DNA of 43,788 bases. Source: Sphaeroforma arctica JP610. Lineage: Eukaryota. A model generated the notes under the pieces. The model searched no databases, was not told the DNA's origin, and was given only the letters and a program-made list of their open reading frames with translations. The stretch is from contig NW_014040081.1 in NCBI RefSeq assembly GCF_001186125.1, positions 1 through 43,788 of the forward strand, in the 5' to 3' direction. Position 1 is the stretch's first letter. Each line of letters begins with the position of its first letter. Below are positions 1 through 12,899 of this stretch, in pieces. The position numbers were made by a program, and so were the translations under genes.

Positions 1-11
1 TATTTCAAAGT

Positions 12-135
12 CTGGCACAGGCCACAGGCGGGCACAGGGTCACAGCCTCAACGGGCCAGTGAGGCCTCAGCCCTCAGGCCACAGTCCAACTTCCACAGCC
101 TACAGGCGAGCCCTGACAGGGCACATGCCACACCT
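12..135. repeat. GC-rich cluster of CACAGG/CACAGC-like motifs, possibly the subterminal end of a DNA transposon
   Basis: Repeated ggcacagg, ccacagg, cacagcc, tacagg, gacagg motifs ending at gccacacc before a T-run. The partner end is not in the window. Confidence 0.3.
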
Positions 136-349
136 TTTTTTTATATAGATGCACGGTGCACCTCATAGCCTGCTAAAAAGAACAAGGAGGCTATGTGCAC
201 CCACGCAGCAATAGCATTGAACGTAAACGCGTAAACGCGAGTATATACATTAAAACGTAAAAGATCGTCACTCGAGAAATAGTCTCAGATCCCTAATATA
301 GCATAAACGTTTTACTTCACAGCTAAAAAATCGCTTTTAATCCGTTTTG

Positions 350-3300
350 ATGGGAAACGCATTGAGGTTACGTCACTCTTATGACTGGAGTTAGGATAGG
401 GCCATCTGGTTCATTTTGCCGCGCGCAATACAGCGGTCGAATCAACAGGAGAGAGTTCTGAGTTCGGGCAACTTGAATTCAGATATCAGACCTGAAATTG
501 CAACATTGCCTGCTGCGTGCTCGCACGCACAAGAGACATTGAATCGACACTTCTATGAAGTACGGCATGTGGCGTTGGATCCCTATCTATATACTGTATG
601 GTGTTTGCAGACAGCGTTCGTTGGTTACTGGAAAATCCAAAGTGCAGAAGTTCTCACTCAGTAGAAGTAACCCGTTATCGTGAATTCTCGGTTCATGGAC
701 TTCGGTGGGTTGTCATCGACATCCTTGGGAGTGCATACGCTGGATTCATACTATGGACTTTCACTCAGCGTATATGTATTACAACTGATCGTTCACTCAA
801 TGATCATGTGGAATAACTTCCGAATAATCTAACAATAGTGTTTCAGAGTTGTAAACGGAGCACTGAGGAAATAGTAATATAGCTAATAAGTATATTAGGG
901 ATGTTCTGATAGAATAGGGATAGTCTCCAAATAAGCTTTTCGTCCAGTATGGAGAAGAAAAAAACAACCGACCCTTCAACTAGGAAGACGAGCTTGTTCC
1001 CATCAGCACGGTCTCAGTCGCAACTATATCAACTGCCTCCGCGGAAGTATTCAACTCCTGTCGTGCCTACAAGCACCCGTCCACACACGGGTGATCGGTC
1101 GAATATTCCTGTGCATCGAAATTCCCCTGCCACTCTAGACGATCCACACAATGTACGCCCATACAGGCAATCCAGAGGTGACGATATATGGTCTAAGCGA
1201 CCTACAGCAAAGGTGCCTGCTGAACACTCACACGCACGAAGGGAGGTTCAGAGAGCAAGCACAGCCGGTACTGTTGATCTGATTACTCCACCGTCATCTC
1301 CGCCAATCCAGACAAGGTATGTTAGAGTATTGTAGTGATCGTGTGCGCATGCATTATGAGCGTGGTTTGTGTATGTTTCTGGAAGCTATTATAATTGAGA
1401 GAAACTTCATTCAGAAGCCTCAATCATATAGTTCGACATCAGATGCTACCTCTTGTATGTTTTAATTGGATTCAACCTCGCTCTGTTGTTACTATTGAAA
1501 CAAATCTTCGACGATATGTTGCGAGCTTGTTTGTGTTTGCGATGATCATGTATATCTATCACGGGATGTTTATGTATACTTGATCATCGTACTTGCAACT
1601 CGTGAGACTAGAAGATAGTACTATCCGACACCCCGAGCAAAAAGGTCAACAATTTACGCTGGTGTAGAGACAAATGGTTTCGCATCCGCTAATCCCAAAT
1701 ATGAACTATTCCTCCCATGTATATATAGATTAGAAGCATCACATTACGTTAAAATTACCTTGTGCCTGTATGCTGCCTATCCTCTATAAATATGAACTAT
1801 AACTTTCAAAGTATATGTATAGATTATAAACAACACATTACGTTAATCTCACCTTGTGCCTCTCCGCTGCCTATCCTCTATAAATATGAACTATAACTTT
1901 CAAAGTATATGTATAGACTATGAACAGTACATTATGTTAATCTCACCTTGTGCCTCTCCGCTGTCTATCCTCTCTAAATATGAACTATAACTTTCGAAGT
2001 ATATGTATAGATTATGAACAGCACATTACGTTGATCTCACCTTGTGCCTCTCCGCTGCCTATCCTTACACGGCACATCTGCGTTTGCTCAGAGCGTACCA
2101 TCCCTCGTATCACATCCATGTTTTTCACGTACAAGTATGCTAACGCACGCATACGCCACTGAATACTCTCCCGACTGCATGCGCTGTCGTGGTCATAGTT
2201 ATTAGCATCAGGTCCCACGTGGCCGCATATACTGAAAATGTTGCAGTTGTGCACGTGCTTCTCAATTTCCAAGAGCGAGCCATGCCTGTCCTGTGCTCCC
2301 CCCTGATAAGCACACTAAGTCAGTAGGCTGACTATCCAAGTATGTGTGTACGAACAACTACTTCTGGGCGGGGTACTAGAGTGTAAGGTGCTGGATGCAG
2401 AATATGTGTGCGTATGCGATCACCCGCCCCCCCCCCACCCCTCCATCCTCCATTCCCTCCTATCACACTGGATAAGCTTGACTTACAAGTGTGCTTGTGC
2501 GAATCTGAACGACGTGCAACCTGATTGGTTCCAATCCAGAAACAGATACACCCCCTCGCCCCGAGTAGTCGATCTCACAGATTCGCCACCGCGAAGTCAT
2601 ACCGATCCCATTACGCAGGTATAGAATGTGTCCAGATACGCCTGGGTGTATCAAATGACAAGGTACACGTGTACGATATACCTACCAGCCACCCATATGA
2701 GACCAGCATTTGCCATGTAGTGAGTCTGTTTCTGTGCAATTGTCAAGCATTGCGTGCGTACAAGGGCGCTGACATGTAGGTATAACATATTGCTACTACG
2801 CAACCAGGTAGGTACAACGGATAGATGCAAGGCCCGAAATGAGCAGTAGCCAACGGAACCACTTGCTAGTACACGTGACAAGCCATTCGTATGCACTTGA
2901 TTGGCTATCACATTATGCCAAACTAGCGGTGACAAATATACCTCGAAATCGAAACTTGTTTACGTTTACACACAGCCATATGTTGCCATTCTCATGGGCA
3001 TACACATCATGCCGTTGTTGAAAGTATCTTGTGTGTATTATATCACGCGTGTCTGACTTGAGGTGTGAGTGTATCAATACAAGTGCAGGGCACTTCAACT
3101 TCAAGACCTGAAAATATGCACTGACCAGAAGTACCGCACTGCACCAGACATGTGGGCATGGGATTGGTCTATATCGTTTTAGGGTTGAGTAATCGTACTT
3201 AAACATGTGTCATCTAATGGATATTGTGCGTTTCTCTCCTAATGTATCTTGAAAAGCAGGGTTGTATCGCTTCTCATTGACGTAGACATACTTTGTCTTC

Positions 3301-6300
3301 ACATACATACTCACCTGTGCCAATCTATTGCATACTACAACAATTCACCTCTTGTGAACGATGTAATAGTGCCGCTGGTGACATTAACGCAATTTTTAAA
3401 ACGTATACGCTCGAAAAAAAATGTAGATGGAACGGAGTGACGGTTTGATAGCGTTAATTTATGCTTGTACGTTATGTTCTAGTTGTTATGTGTTCCATGA
3501 GAAAAAAATCGAATGTTGTTTCGATTCGGACCACACGCTTATTTATAGCTACGGCTCTGTCTGTTACTCATAGCTCAGGTACTCTCAACAGACAGGTACG
3601 AGGGCTTCTCTTGCCCACAGATACCCCTCACGAGCTACCAGAGAATCGACGCACATCCCGGGTTCACAGAAGTACACCTATCCACCGGTCAGAAGTAGCG
3701 GCACCCCTTCCTATTCAAGCACAGCTATTCAGGACGCACTCCAGCACTCCACACGCACCCTGGAACACTCGCAGGCGACGCTGCGACAACTCAGAGGCCA
3801 TCCAGCACCACGCCCTCAACCGAACCAGCAACAACCGCAAGACCCGTCACAGAAAAGGGACCAGCGCACATCCCCTCACATACCCGATTCGAGGTATATA
3901 GAGCCAGACCGCGAGTGGGATATACATGTATCTGGTGACCGTGCTACCGCTCGTGCCCACCGAACGGGCGTACCGCGCACGAGAGACTCGCTGCGACGGT
4001 CTCGGACGCCAGAACAACACACGCAGCATATACAACAGCAGAATACCAGGCAACCGCTCGTGGATAAGCAGCAACGACGAGACCAGCAGCCACATGGCAG
4101 GAACACCCCTTACAGGGACGAGGCACAACAGGGTAGAGAAACACAGGTGCAGCAGGACCGACAACAACTTGGGAGGGCACAGACGGTGGGTGCCAACACA
4201 GACCGCACAGTGAACTCGTACAGTGCACACCCCTCGAGAGACGGACCGCCGCGGCAGGTATACGTGGGACGGTGTATGATTTTTTATCTTTTTCTGGTTT
4301 GAGTTGGGGGGGGGGGTTGTGTGAAGTGTATTTGGTGTGGTGTTATGTTGGGCATAGCGAGGACACACCAATCCGGTAGTGTACCACAATACGCGGCAAT
4401 ATGTATGTCCCGTCCTATACGTTCAGCCACCAACCGCGTCCACTCGTTCATGTATTGAAGTCCGTTAAGCTGGTACTACCCCATCCCATCATAATTCTAC
4501 TAAGGCCACCCCCTTGTGTCTTTTAACCGATGTGACGTTTCGATATGCAGACAGACCAACGGGCGCGGAAACTGAACAATGCCACTTCATACTCGTCGGC
4601 TAAGAATCTTTTTGACTCCCAATCGAGCATCCATCGACAGGTAGGTCTAAACGGATCACGAACTTGTACTCTTTATGTACATATACGAAGCAAGCCGACT
4701 CAGTGGTGCTCTCAATAGACTTCTTCTTTTTGGGGGGGAGGACTCAACAATCACCACATGAGACCATGTGCACGAATAATGTATTTTGTATATTCTCACG
4801 GCGGTGTTTTCAATGTTCAAAATACAAAGGCGCGCAACTTCGTACTCATATCTACGCCATTCGGTGCTCCACTTTCAGGCGAGTTTGAGCCGGAATTATT
4901 CGCACAGCTCTGAGCTCGCATCTGCGTCACAACAAACACACAGAGCACATCTACAAAGACGAGAATCCGAAACTAATGTGCGGGTATGTATAGTATATAT
5001 ATTCTACGCGAAGACAACTGATCTGCCATCTTTTACAGCGCTAAGTTCAATTTACACAGACTTAACCATACACTTATCGCCACTATGGTTCAATTTATCA
5101 TACCTCTTGAAGCTTTCGCTGTCAGCTAGGAAAAAAAATCATTTCATTCATTATCTTTCCACGCACTGCGTGACCTATGCAATGCAACCATGAACGGTAC
5201 ACAGCAAATAGTGTACGCATCGAGTCTCATCTCATCCACTTTGCAATCTGTAGCTACGGCTTTGGATGGTCTGTAACCATTGTGTCTCGATGTGTCATTC
5301 GTAGGACCACTTACTGCCCATAGAGACCCTCGATGGAATTTGAAACCTGGCCAACTATTGATGGCTAGTCGTTGCACACATATTTGCGTTGTGTGGTCCC
5401 ATTTGTGCACAGAGTTTTTTTCACTGTTATGAAGCCTAGTGCAACAATATACAATACCTTCCATGTTTGTTGAGTCGTCTGTCTGCTAAATGTTTGTGTG
5501 ATGTACTTACAATTGTAACTATACGCCCTTTTACACTGCATTGCACTCTCCTCTGCTTCTGTTGCAGCCGAATCGATCTACATCTACGTTGCAATCCCTT
5601 CATCAGCCGTCAAGGAACATGCGAGACTACATCGATGTGGAGGTGAGCACAATGTCTTGCATTCAATTCCAATCGACCTTCAGTTGTCAGCTGATGCGTA
5701 CTAGACCCTCACAATCCGTCTCGACGTACTACCCGACTAGTAGTAGTTCGGTACTGGTTCCTGTCACACTTTTTTTTCGTTAACAAATGGTTCATTTGAT
5801 ACAGGAACCGCCTACAGCCCAGTCTGGCAGAGCGCAGTTGCAAGGAAAGACAAATGAAAAGATAAAGAGCACCGGAGCATCCCCCAGGGAAGCACCCCGC
5901 CGGCAAACGAGAAGATCTACTCCGAGTAGAACTGCTCCCGGTCGAGAAACCAAGCCGGGGCGGCCATCTACGAGCAGTGTTGCACCTGAGCCAGATATGA
6001 TTGAGTAAGCGTTTGGGTGTGTCGGTATGGCGTATGTTTTTGAGTTCATAAATTGCGAGTATAGAGGTTGAGGTGGCTCATGTATGCCACACGAATGAGG
6101 TGCATTCGGCGGACAACCCGTACCGGATTCGGATCGAGTCTTCGATTCACGCTTACGCATACAAGCGTATCAGTCTAGAGCTCCTGATCGCCCCTTGGAC
6201 TCGTTGAGTGCTTCAGGAGATAGTGCTGTACGCTACACATATGTGCTTCTCCGATGCTTTTAAGTATAAACCCTCGTTAGCTGTATGTTATATTCCAATA

Positions 6301-8360
6301 AGGCTCGAGAGCTGGGTTTTTAAGTATGGGTTTTTCTTCCACACGCTACGCAATCAGTTTAGTCACAGATGACGAGGCCGATGATGAGCTGCGCAAGCAG
6401 TTATCTATGGCATTGTATGGCCCCCAGCAGCCGCAAGTCAAGACAAGCAGAGCAAACATTGTCGATTGGAATGTTGAGGCGACTGGGTATTGGACCAAAA
6501 AGGAAAACCGGGATGAATTCAATTCGCTGAATCAGAGCTTCCAGGATATCTCGTTCCTTGAGGTGAGTAAGTGGTTGTGCAGGCGAACCTGTTTAGAAAC
6601 TGGTTTAACAGTTAGGCACCTGTGTTGTGCTGGACTGGTGATTCGTCACTAAGTAGCTAGACGCCTTTAAAAAACGAGAATTTTCGTATACATACTTTAT
6701 CAGTAATCAGTGCTTCTAGCAAAAGAAAATCATTCGGGAATGCCTCCCTTGCACATAAGGCGTGTTGGGTGGAGCGACGGTCAAATAAAAACACGGATTA
6801 ATATCGAGCGTCTGCCCTAAAAACCGTAACCAATGAATACTGGTGACGTCTTTTTGCCCACACCACTACGCAAAATACGGCTTTATGCAGACGATACATA
6901 TACGATCCTTTGATATTGCGATAACTTCCAGACCATCAATCACCCACACGCACATAAGCCAAATAGAACTAACCCGAATTGCCTTTGCCGTACGTACTTA
7001 GGAACCGAGTCCCAGTCTACCAACAACCGACCGACACTTCAAGCAGATACCCATTCCCCCCGACGGCAGAGAGAGAGTCAAGCGCGTGTGGCGTCGGCGG
7101 AGTTTCAACGACTCAGATGTGGTGGCGAGTGGTTTGCAGTGCAGCGTCACACAGCGCGACCTATGCCGGCTGGATGGCCTGGAATGGCTCAATGACTCGG
7201 TATGTGGGACTGGCAGGTGTAGGGCGACGGGACCCATTTTGTCCTCTTCATAACCGACGGACACTTGATCTGCTTCTGTCAGTTATTGAGCTTGGGGGTT
7301 AGGGGGTGCTAGTGTGTGGGTGGGTGTGTGGGTGTGCCTGCTTTGTTCTCAAGACACGACGGGTGCGGTTGAGGAAGAGTGCATTCGTATACCTGGGCTC
7401 AGAGCAGAGGCTATTGGGTATTTGTTCTGTGTGTCGCAATTGAGATATTCACGCGCTCTGTACCGAGTCTAACAAAATGATATGCGTATTGCACAAGCCA
7501 TATGTGATCCTGCACAGAATATATCAAGGCCCAGTAGAACAGGCTTTGATAAAATAGGAAAATCTGTACAGAGGAAAAACCAAAAGAAACCCCCCGCCAT
7601 ATAGATAGTAGGGTGTGAATTACATTAAGTCCGTGTTGATGAATGGTTGTACGATATTCAAGCAGTATGCTTGGTACGTAGCAAAGCAAAGTTTTGCTGT
7701 TCTGAAGGAACCTTTTTATCGGTACAATTGGGCGACAACCGATGACATGCCCCGTTACCCACCACCTCTTGACTTGGCATTTCCCTCTCATATCATGGTA
7801 TTGTAGCTGGTGAATATGTACATGGCTATGATCAACGACAGGGCAAACAGATCAGGCGCCAGTGTCCCTCGAGTACATTGCTTCAATAGCCACTTCTTGC
7901 CAAAGTTACGCCACGATGGCTATGAGAAGATGCAACGCTGGACCAAGAGGGTAAGGTGAGCATGTCGGTTGTTATCCACTACTCTACTTTCAACATTCGT
8001 ACCGACTGCGGGTGTTGCGTTGTCGTCGGTGTCTGTCATTATTGTTGCGATTGTTTTGTTCAAAATCCTCGAACGTGATAGATAATCATCTTGAAGCTAG
8101 GCGAAAAGCATTTCCATTCGCAGATGTGGTGATGCCAGGAAAAAGTACTGACGGTCGATTTTGATTTACTGTCGTGTATAATATGAAAATATATTCCGGA
8201 TAACAATCCTATATTCTATACGGTCGAAGGTGGAAGGCACTTCGTACATAGTCGCCTGGAAAGGAGGTAGACAACATATGGAATTTCTTATATATATATA
8301 TATATATATATGATTATATATGATTATCTATGACTATATATGCAATATAATATATATGTT

Positions 8361-8416
<56 letters not shown>

Positions 8417-10334
8417 CATATATATATATATATTCTTATTCTTATTCTTATTCTTATTCTTATTCTTATTCTTATTCTTATTCTTGTTATTATTATTTTT
8501 ATTATTATTATTATTAGTTTATTGTTACTTTTATTATATTTATTATTATATCGTCGTCATATTGTTTTTTTGTTCAATTTTTTATTTGTATCTATATTTT
8601 CTGGGGGGGGGGGGTGCGCTATTTCGAATTGAGCACGAATATGGATATGTGGGTGCTTTGTACTGGAAAAAAACTGGATCAAATTGAGTTTTGGGACATG
8701 AATGCTCAGGGCAAATATATGGTTCAAATTGGAATCTAAGATCTTTTGGTCGACTCCATAGGTATACCAGACAAATGAGGGCAAGCACAAAAATCCATAT
8801 TTTAACCCTCATTTTCTTATCAATATACCCAGAAATAGGCTCGAAAAGGGCGATTTGATGACAAAATCACCCTTTTTGACTATTTTTAGGTATATTTATA
8901 AAAATCATGTCAAAAAAAAATTTATTGAGCATGCCCCTCAGTTTTCTGGTCTACCTATAGAGTTGACCAAAAGATCCGAGATTCTAATTTAAACCATATA
9001 TTTATACTGGATATTTATATCCAAAAATCCCCCAATTCGAATTAGTCTTTTTCAGTACAAAGCACCCGGACTTCTATTGTGGTGCCCAATTTCCAATTAG
9101 CGCATCCCTCTCATTATTCTTATTATTATTATTATTACAATTTTCAGTGTGAGGAAATTCACTCTGCATACACTCAAAGATTCAATTTTCAACTCGCAGA
9201 GAGTACCCACCTGTTTTTCTAATGCGTTCGTTTTTGACTGTCCAATGAAATTTACACAGGTAGATCTATTCTCAATGGAATATGTTATAGTACCAGTTCA
9301 TCGCGGCAGCCACTGGACGACTGCTATTATTAACTTTGTAGAGAAACGCTTCGAGTACTATGACAGCCTTGCGGGGGGCGGTCAAGATGTGCAAGACTTG
9401 TTGCGAATGTATCTAGATGACGAATGTATGGCTAAAAAAGGTAAGATAGTTTATAAAAGAGGTGCATGTTAGGGATGTGAAGAGCGATGACTATCAACGA
9501 GTGTGCGTTTCTAGTGTGTGTGTATACTAAGAGATGTCGATTTTACAAAATAAGAGTATATGTATAGATACGTAAGGTGGTTGATCAAGGGCATCGATCA
9601 TGGTCATAAAAATTGCTGTGGTATTACAAATTATACTTCAGGCCGCCACAATCTATTCAGTTTAATATCGAAAACTGGGCGGTGGACAGTGGGTCGCATA
9701 CGTGTTTAGCGATATGGCTGTATCCTTGATGGTAAACTTCCTTTGTAGGGGTGTGTGCCGTGAGCTTTGACCACGTCTCGTGACTATTGAGACAAGCAAA
9801 GTAGGTCGCGGTGCACTGGGTTTTGCTGTGAATATGTGATACTCTTCTGAATGTGTCCATTTATTAACTCTGGAAGTGTGTGTTCCATACCGATTCGATA
9901 TCAGTCGAGCTTAAAAACAAATCCATGCCTGTAGACGGTCTGCTACTTATGGTACCCGTTTTTTTACTTTTCTATAGCCTTACGTATATCCATATCTATC
10001 GGTTCGAGCGTTTGTTTATGAGTAAGCGACACCGAAGGTATGATACATAGTTTCCTAAAAGTCTCACTTATGGTGACCAACCCTTAACGCATACTATCTA
10101 GGTCGAACTTTCCCACTAGAAGATTGGGCAGACTTTACGCCAGTGCACCTCACCCCGCAACAGGACAATGGTTCTGATTGCGGGGTGTTTGCGTGTCAAT
10201 TCAGCGAGTATCGGTCGAGAGGCAGTTCAGGGATACCATTGGGACAAATCTTCGACTTTGGACAGGAGCAGATGCCGTACTTCCGACTGAGAATGGCACA
10301 TGAGATACTGGAAAAGCGTTTGATGATATCATAA
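350..10334 (+). CDS. SENP/Ulp1-family SUMO protease (peptidase C48), multi-exon, ~859 aa
   Basis: Phase-consistent GT-AG exons: 350-366 (tentative), 948-1316, 2540-2618, 3574-4257, 4551-4640, 4879-4983, 5568-5642, 5805-6004, 6358-6562, 7002-7199, 7807-7950, 9260-9440, 10102-10334 (sum 2580 nt, open to TAA). C-terminal C48 motifs: RDLCRLDGLEWLNDS, HCFNSHF, RWTK, VPVHRGSHW (His), YYDSL (Asp), PQQDNGSDCGVF (Gln/Cys). Long low-complexity S/P/R/Q-rich N-terminus. Confidence 0.9.
1697..2065. repeat. Intronic minisatellite, ~94-bp unit x ~4
   Basis: Unit taaatatgaactataactttc...caccttgtgcctctccgctgcctatcctc starts at 1787, 1881 and 1975, with a more diverged copy at ~1697. Confidence 0.9.
7002..10334 (+). 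CDS. Catalytic C48 domain exons of the SENP gene (SENP1/2/Ulp1-like)
   Basis: Four exons (7002-7199, 7807-7950, 9260-9440, 10102-10334) splice in frame and carry the intact His-Asp-Cys triad and the oxyanion Gln. Confidence 0.95.
8289..8550. repeat. Compound microsatellite (TA)n-(GT)n-(TATTCT)n-(TAT)n
   Basis: Read directly from the sequence. It generates the spurious low-complexity ORFs at 8320-8687. Confidence 0.95.
8612..9108. mobile_element. ~500-bp fold-back (whole-length imperfect palindrome) non-autonomous element in a SENP intron
   Basis: Reverse-complement pairs along its length: gggtgcgcta/tagcgcatccc, gggtgctttgtactg/cagtacaaagcaccc, atcttttggtcgactccataggta/tacctatagagttgaccaaaagat, aaaagggcgattt/aaatcaccctttt. 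Symmetry centre ~8860. Confidence 0.8.
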
Positions 10335-10392
10335 AGCGCGATTGATGATTCATTAGTTTTTCGGTCCTGGGGTGTGATTGCAAGCAATAGTT

Positions 10393-10626
10393 GTTTCCAA
10401 AAGATTCAGGATGCAATCTACGGTGTCGACACAGACACACCCACGAAATTAGTTAGATTGCAGTTTAGGTACAACGATGTTAAATGATGAATGCATCGCT
10501 ATCAATAATTGCAAGTAATAATTGCATAGGATTGATTCCAAAAAAAACAGGATGCCACCTACGGTTTCGACCTAGACATCCACGAAATTAGTAAGATTGC
10601 AGATTAGATACAATGATGGTAAATGA
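10393..10626. repeat. Diverged ~95-bp direct duplication (period ~140 bp) just 3' of the SENP stop
   Basis: ttccaaaa...caggatgc.a.ctacggt.tcgac..agaca...ccacgaaattagt.agattgcag.ttag.tacaa.gatg.taaatga occurs at ~10393 and ~10534. Confidence 0.85.
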
Positions 10627-12899
10627 CCAATGTACCACTCCCATGAGAACCAGCTGAACGCGGCGGACTCGATGTCATAATTAGGCACTGCGTGACACAC
10701 CAAATCGATAATAAATTATTACACTCTACACGCGGTACATCGTGCGAGTCGCTACCGCAGTAAATATGGGCTAGGACGTTCTTTCCCGTGTACATAGATC
10801 CGAATTCCGCAGACGAGTATGTGGCGTCCGGTCGATCAGCACGAGTGTTACAATTTATCACAATATACTCACTGCTGAGGATGGACACAAGCTTGCCCGA
10901 CACTATTGTGTGACAAACCTCGATCAAGGTTATCTACGAGTTTATTCCATCAGTTTTACAAGCGTTATCACGCTCTCAATCGTTCGTTGACCACCGTCAC
11001 GGGATGCATTTTAATGAAACGCAGAAATTGTGTCTCTCATCACGCCATCACGCAACGTATAAAACTCGCATCTTAGAATGTCTAAAGAACTGTTCATTTC
11101 ACTCAATACGGTAGTATTGCTGTTGTTTTGAAATCTCCCCTATTCCGAGTCCCACACGGGCCCATAGCTTCTTGGAAACAGCCGCGGCGCAATCGGAAGG
11201 ATCGCGAGGCTATAGTTTTCAGATGAGGGAAGTTGCTTCTCTTTCCACCTCTTGTGCGTGAAATGAAAATATCAAAGGCAGTGTATGGTGTATGACAAAT
11301 GGTATACCATTTTTTAGCCTTCGAAGTCACAGCAGACAATGGAAAGGATAGGGTATATCTACTGTCCGTACTGACCATGAGTGTAAGAAGTTAGTTTCAT
11401 ACCATATAGACGACCCGGCTGATGAACGTGAGTCTACAGTCACACCTCGACAAATTGTGACTCTCAACTCACAATATATTAAATTGATTCATTCATGTTA
11501 AGTTTTAGGGTAAACGTGTAAATTACACCTGAAAACACTATGAATCATGGGATTGTTGTGCAAAGTCATCAAGAATCACCACAAGTGTTTTGAGGTCACT
11601 TAGTTCACCACATATTAGCACGTTTACCAAAACTAAGAAAGTAAAAAAAAACATAGCTAAAGCTACGTATCTTGGCACTCGCCGTCGACACACTGGCCGC
11701 AGACGGGCAAATAAGCACATGATTCGAAGGTCCAATGTCTGTAACTGTAGAATAACGTGTATGGTGGTTCTAATTCTCCAGCTCGGCGCCTCCTAACGAT
11801 GCATAACAACTTTTTTGAAGTGTCTATCGGTGATACTCATATACAGAGACTTAAACAGCGCCTTGTTATGGCAGACCGAGAAATGTCGCCAAACCCATAG
11901 TTCATGAAACTGTGTAATACAAAGAGTATTATTCGAAGATCATTATATATGGATGTTCAGTCTGATGATTCGAGATATGCCCGACCTCAGCCCTTTATAC
12001 CTCGCGTTTACAAATACATCTAAAAATATGAGAAATATTGGACATGTATTTATAGCTATCAAGCGAACTCGTATGACCGTAATTTTTTTAGTGATAATCC
12101 TTAATAGTAAAACTGAAAGCACCATGTACAAGTATTGATAGTATAGCTCACAAGTGTACTGATATGACTCGCAGCTACTCCTTCGTGATGATGCAAGAAG
12201 GCCGTGTAGCAGAAATAGTAGTATGAAGGCTTTCTTCCAGGGGATAAATCCCTTCTGTCTAGTGCGAGGGATTGGCACTATATTATTAGCCATACTCTGT
12301 CTGTGCGTACTAAATTGCTTTACAAACTTTATGGTCGCTTGAGTGGTTGCTATATTCCCTGAGATTGATAATTTCAAGTCACGCCTGCTATCATAGCTCA
12401 ATTCTGAGTATTCAAAGACTTAAACCCTGACTTTTACTCATTACACTGAGATCGACGTAAAAAAAATCGATATGTTTGGTATAGACAACGTAGATGAAGA
12501 CGTGGCTTCCCTAGCCGATTTTGAAGAGGTTATCGATGCTGAGATGAGTTCAATAGACCACTGAGCGACTGTTTTAAATGCGAGATTTGGAATTCGCCTA
12601 CTACGACCATAAAATCGCAGAATAGTTCTGCCGAGAAAATTACGTCTCAGAACCTACTCAAATTCATACCATAATGAAATTACGATAGAGGGCGTAACTG
12701 AAAATTTTAAATCTCGTGTGTTTTACATATACAACCTACTTTAAAATTGGTTTGTGTCGATTAAGTGCAGACAGAATACAGTTGGTTTTTCGCTGTACGT
12801 GGTTCATGTATAAAATAGGTAAGTTAGCTTGTGGAATAAAACCTTCATACCACTTTTACTGATGATACTTCGGTCTATGTATTTGAGTAGCTATAGAGG

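Noticed and set aside
3461..4389. Several overlapping ORFs on both strands
   Set aside because: Shadows of the real SENP exon 3574-4257, which is in the frame of ORF 4060-4302.
6100..6230. Possible extra SENP exon (GQPVPDSDRVFDSRL...)
   Set aside because: No acceptor in a compatible phase; 6004 joins 6358 cleanly without it.
8320..8687. Hydrophobic ORFs resembling membrane proteins (also 34548-35442, 37028-37279, 41588-41983, 42221-42683)
   Set aside because: They are translations of micro- and minisatellites.
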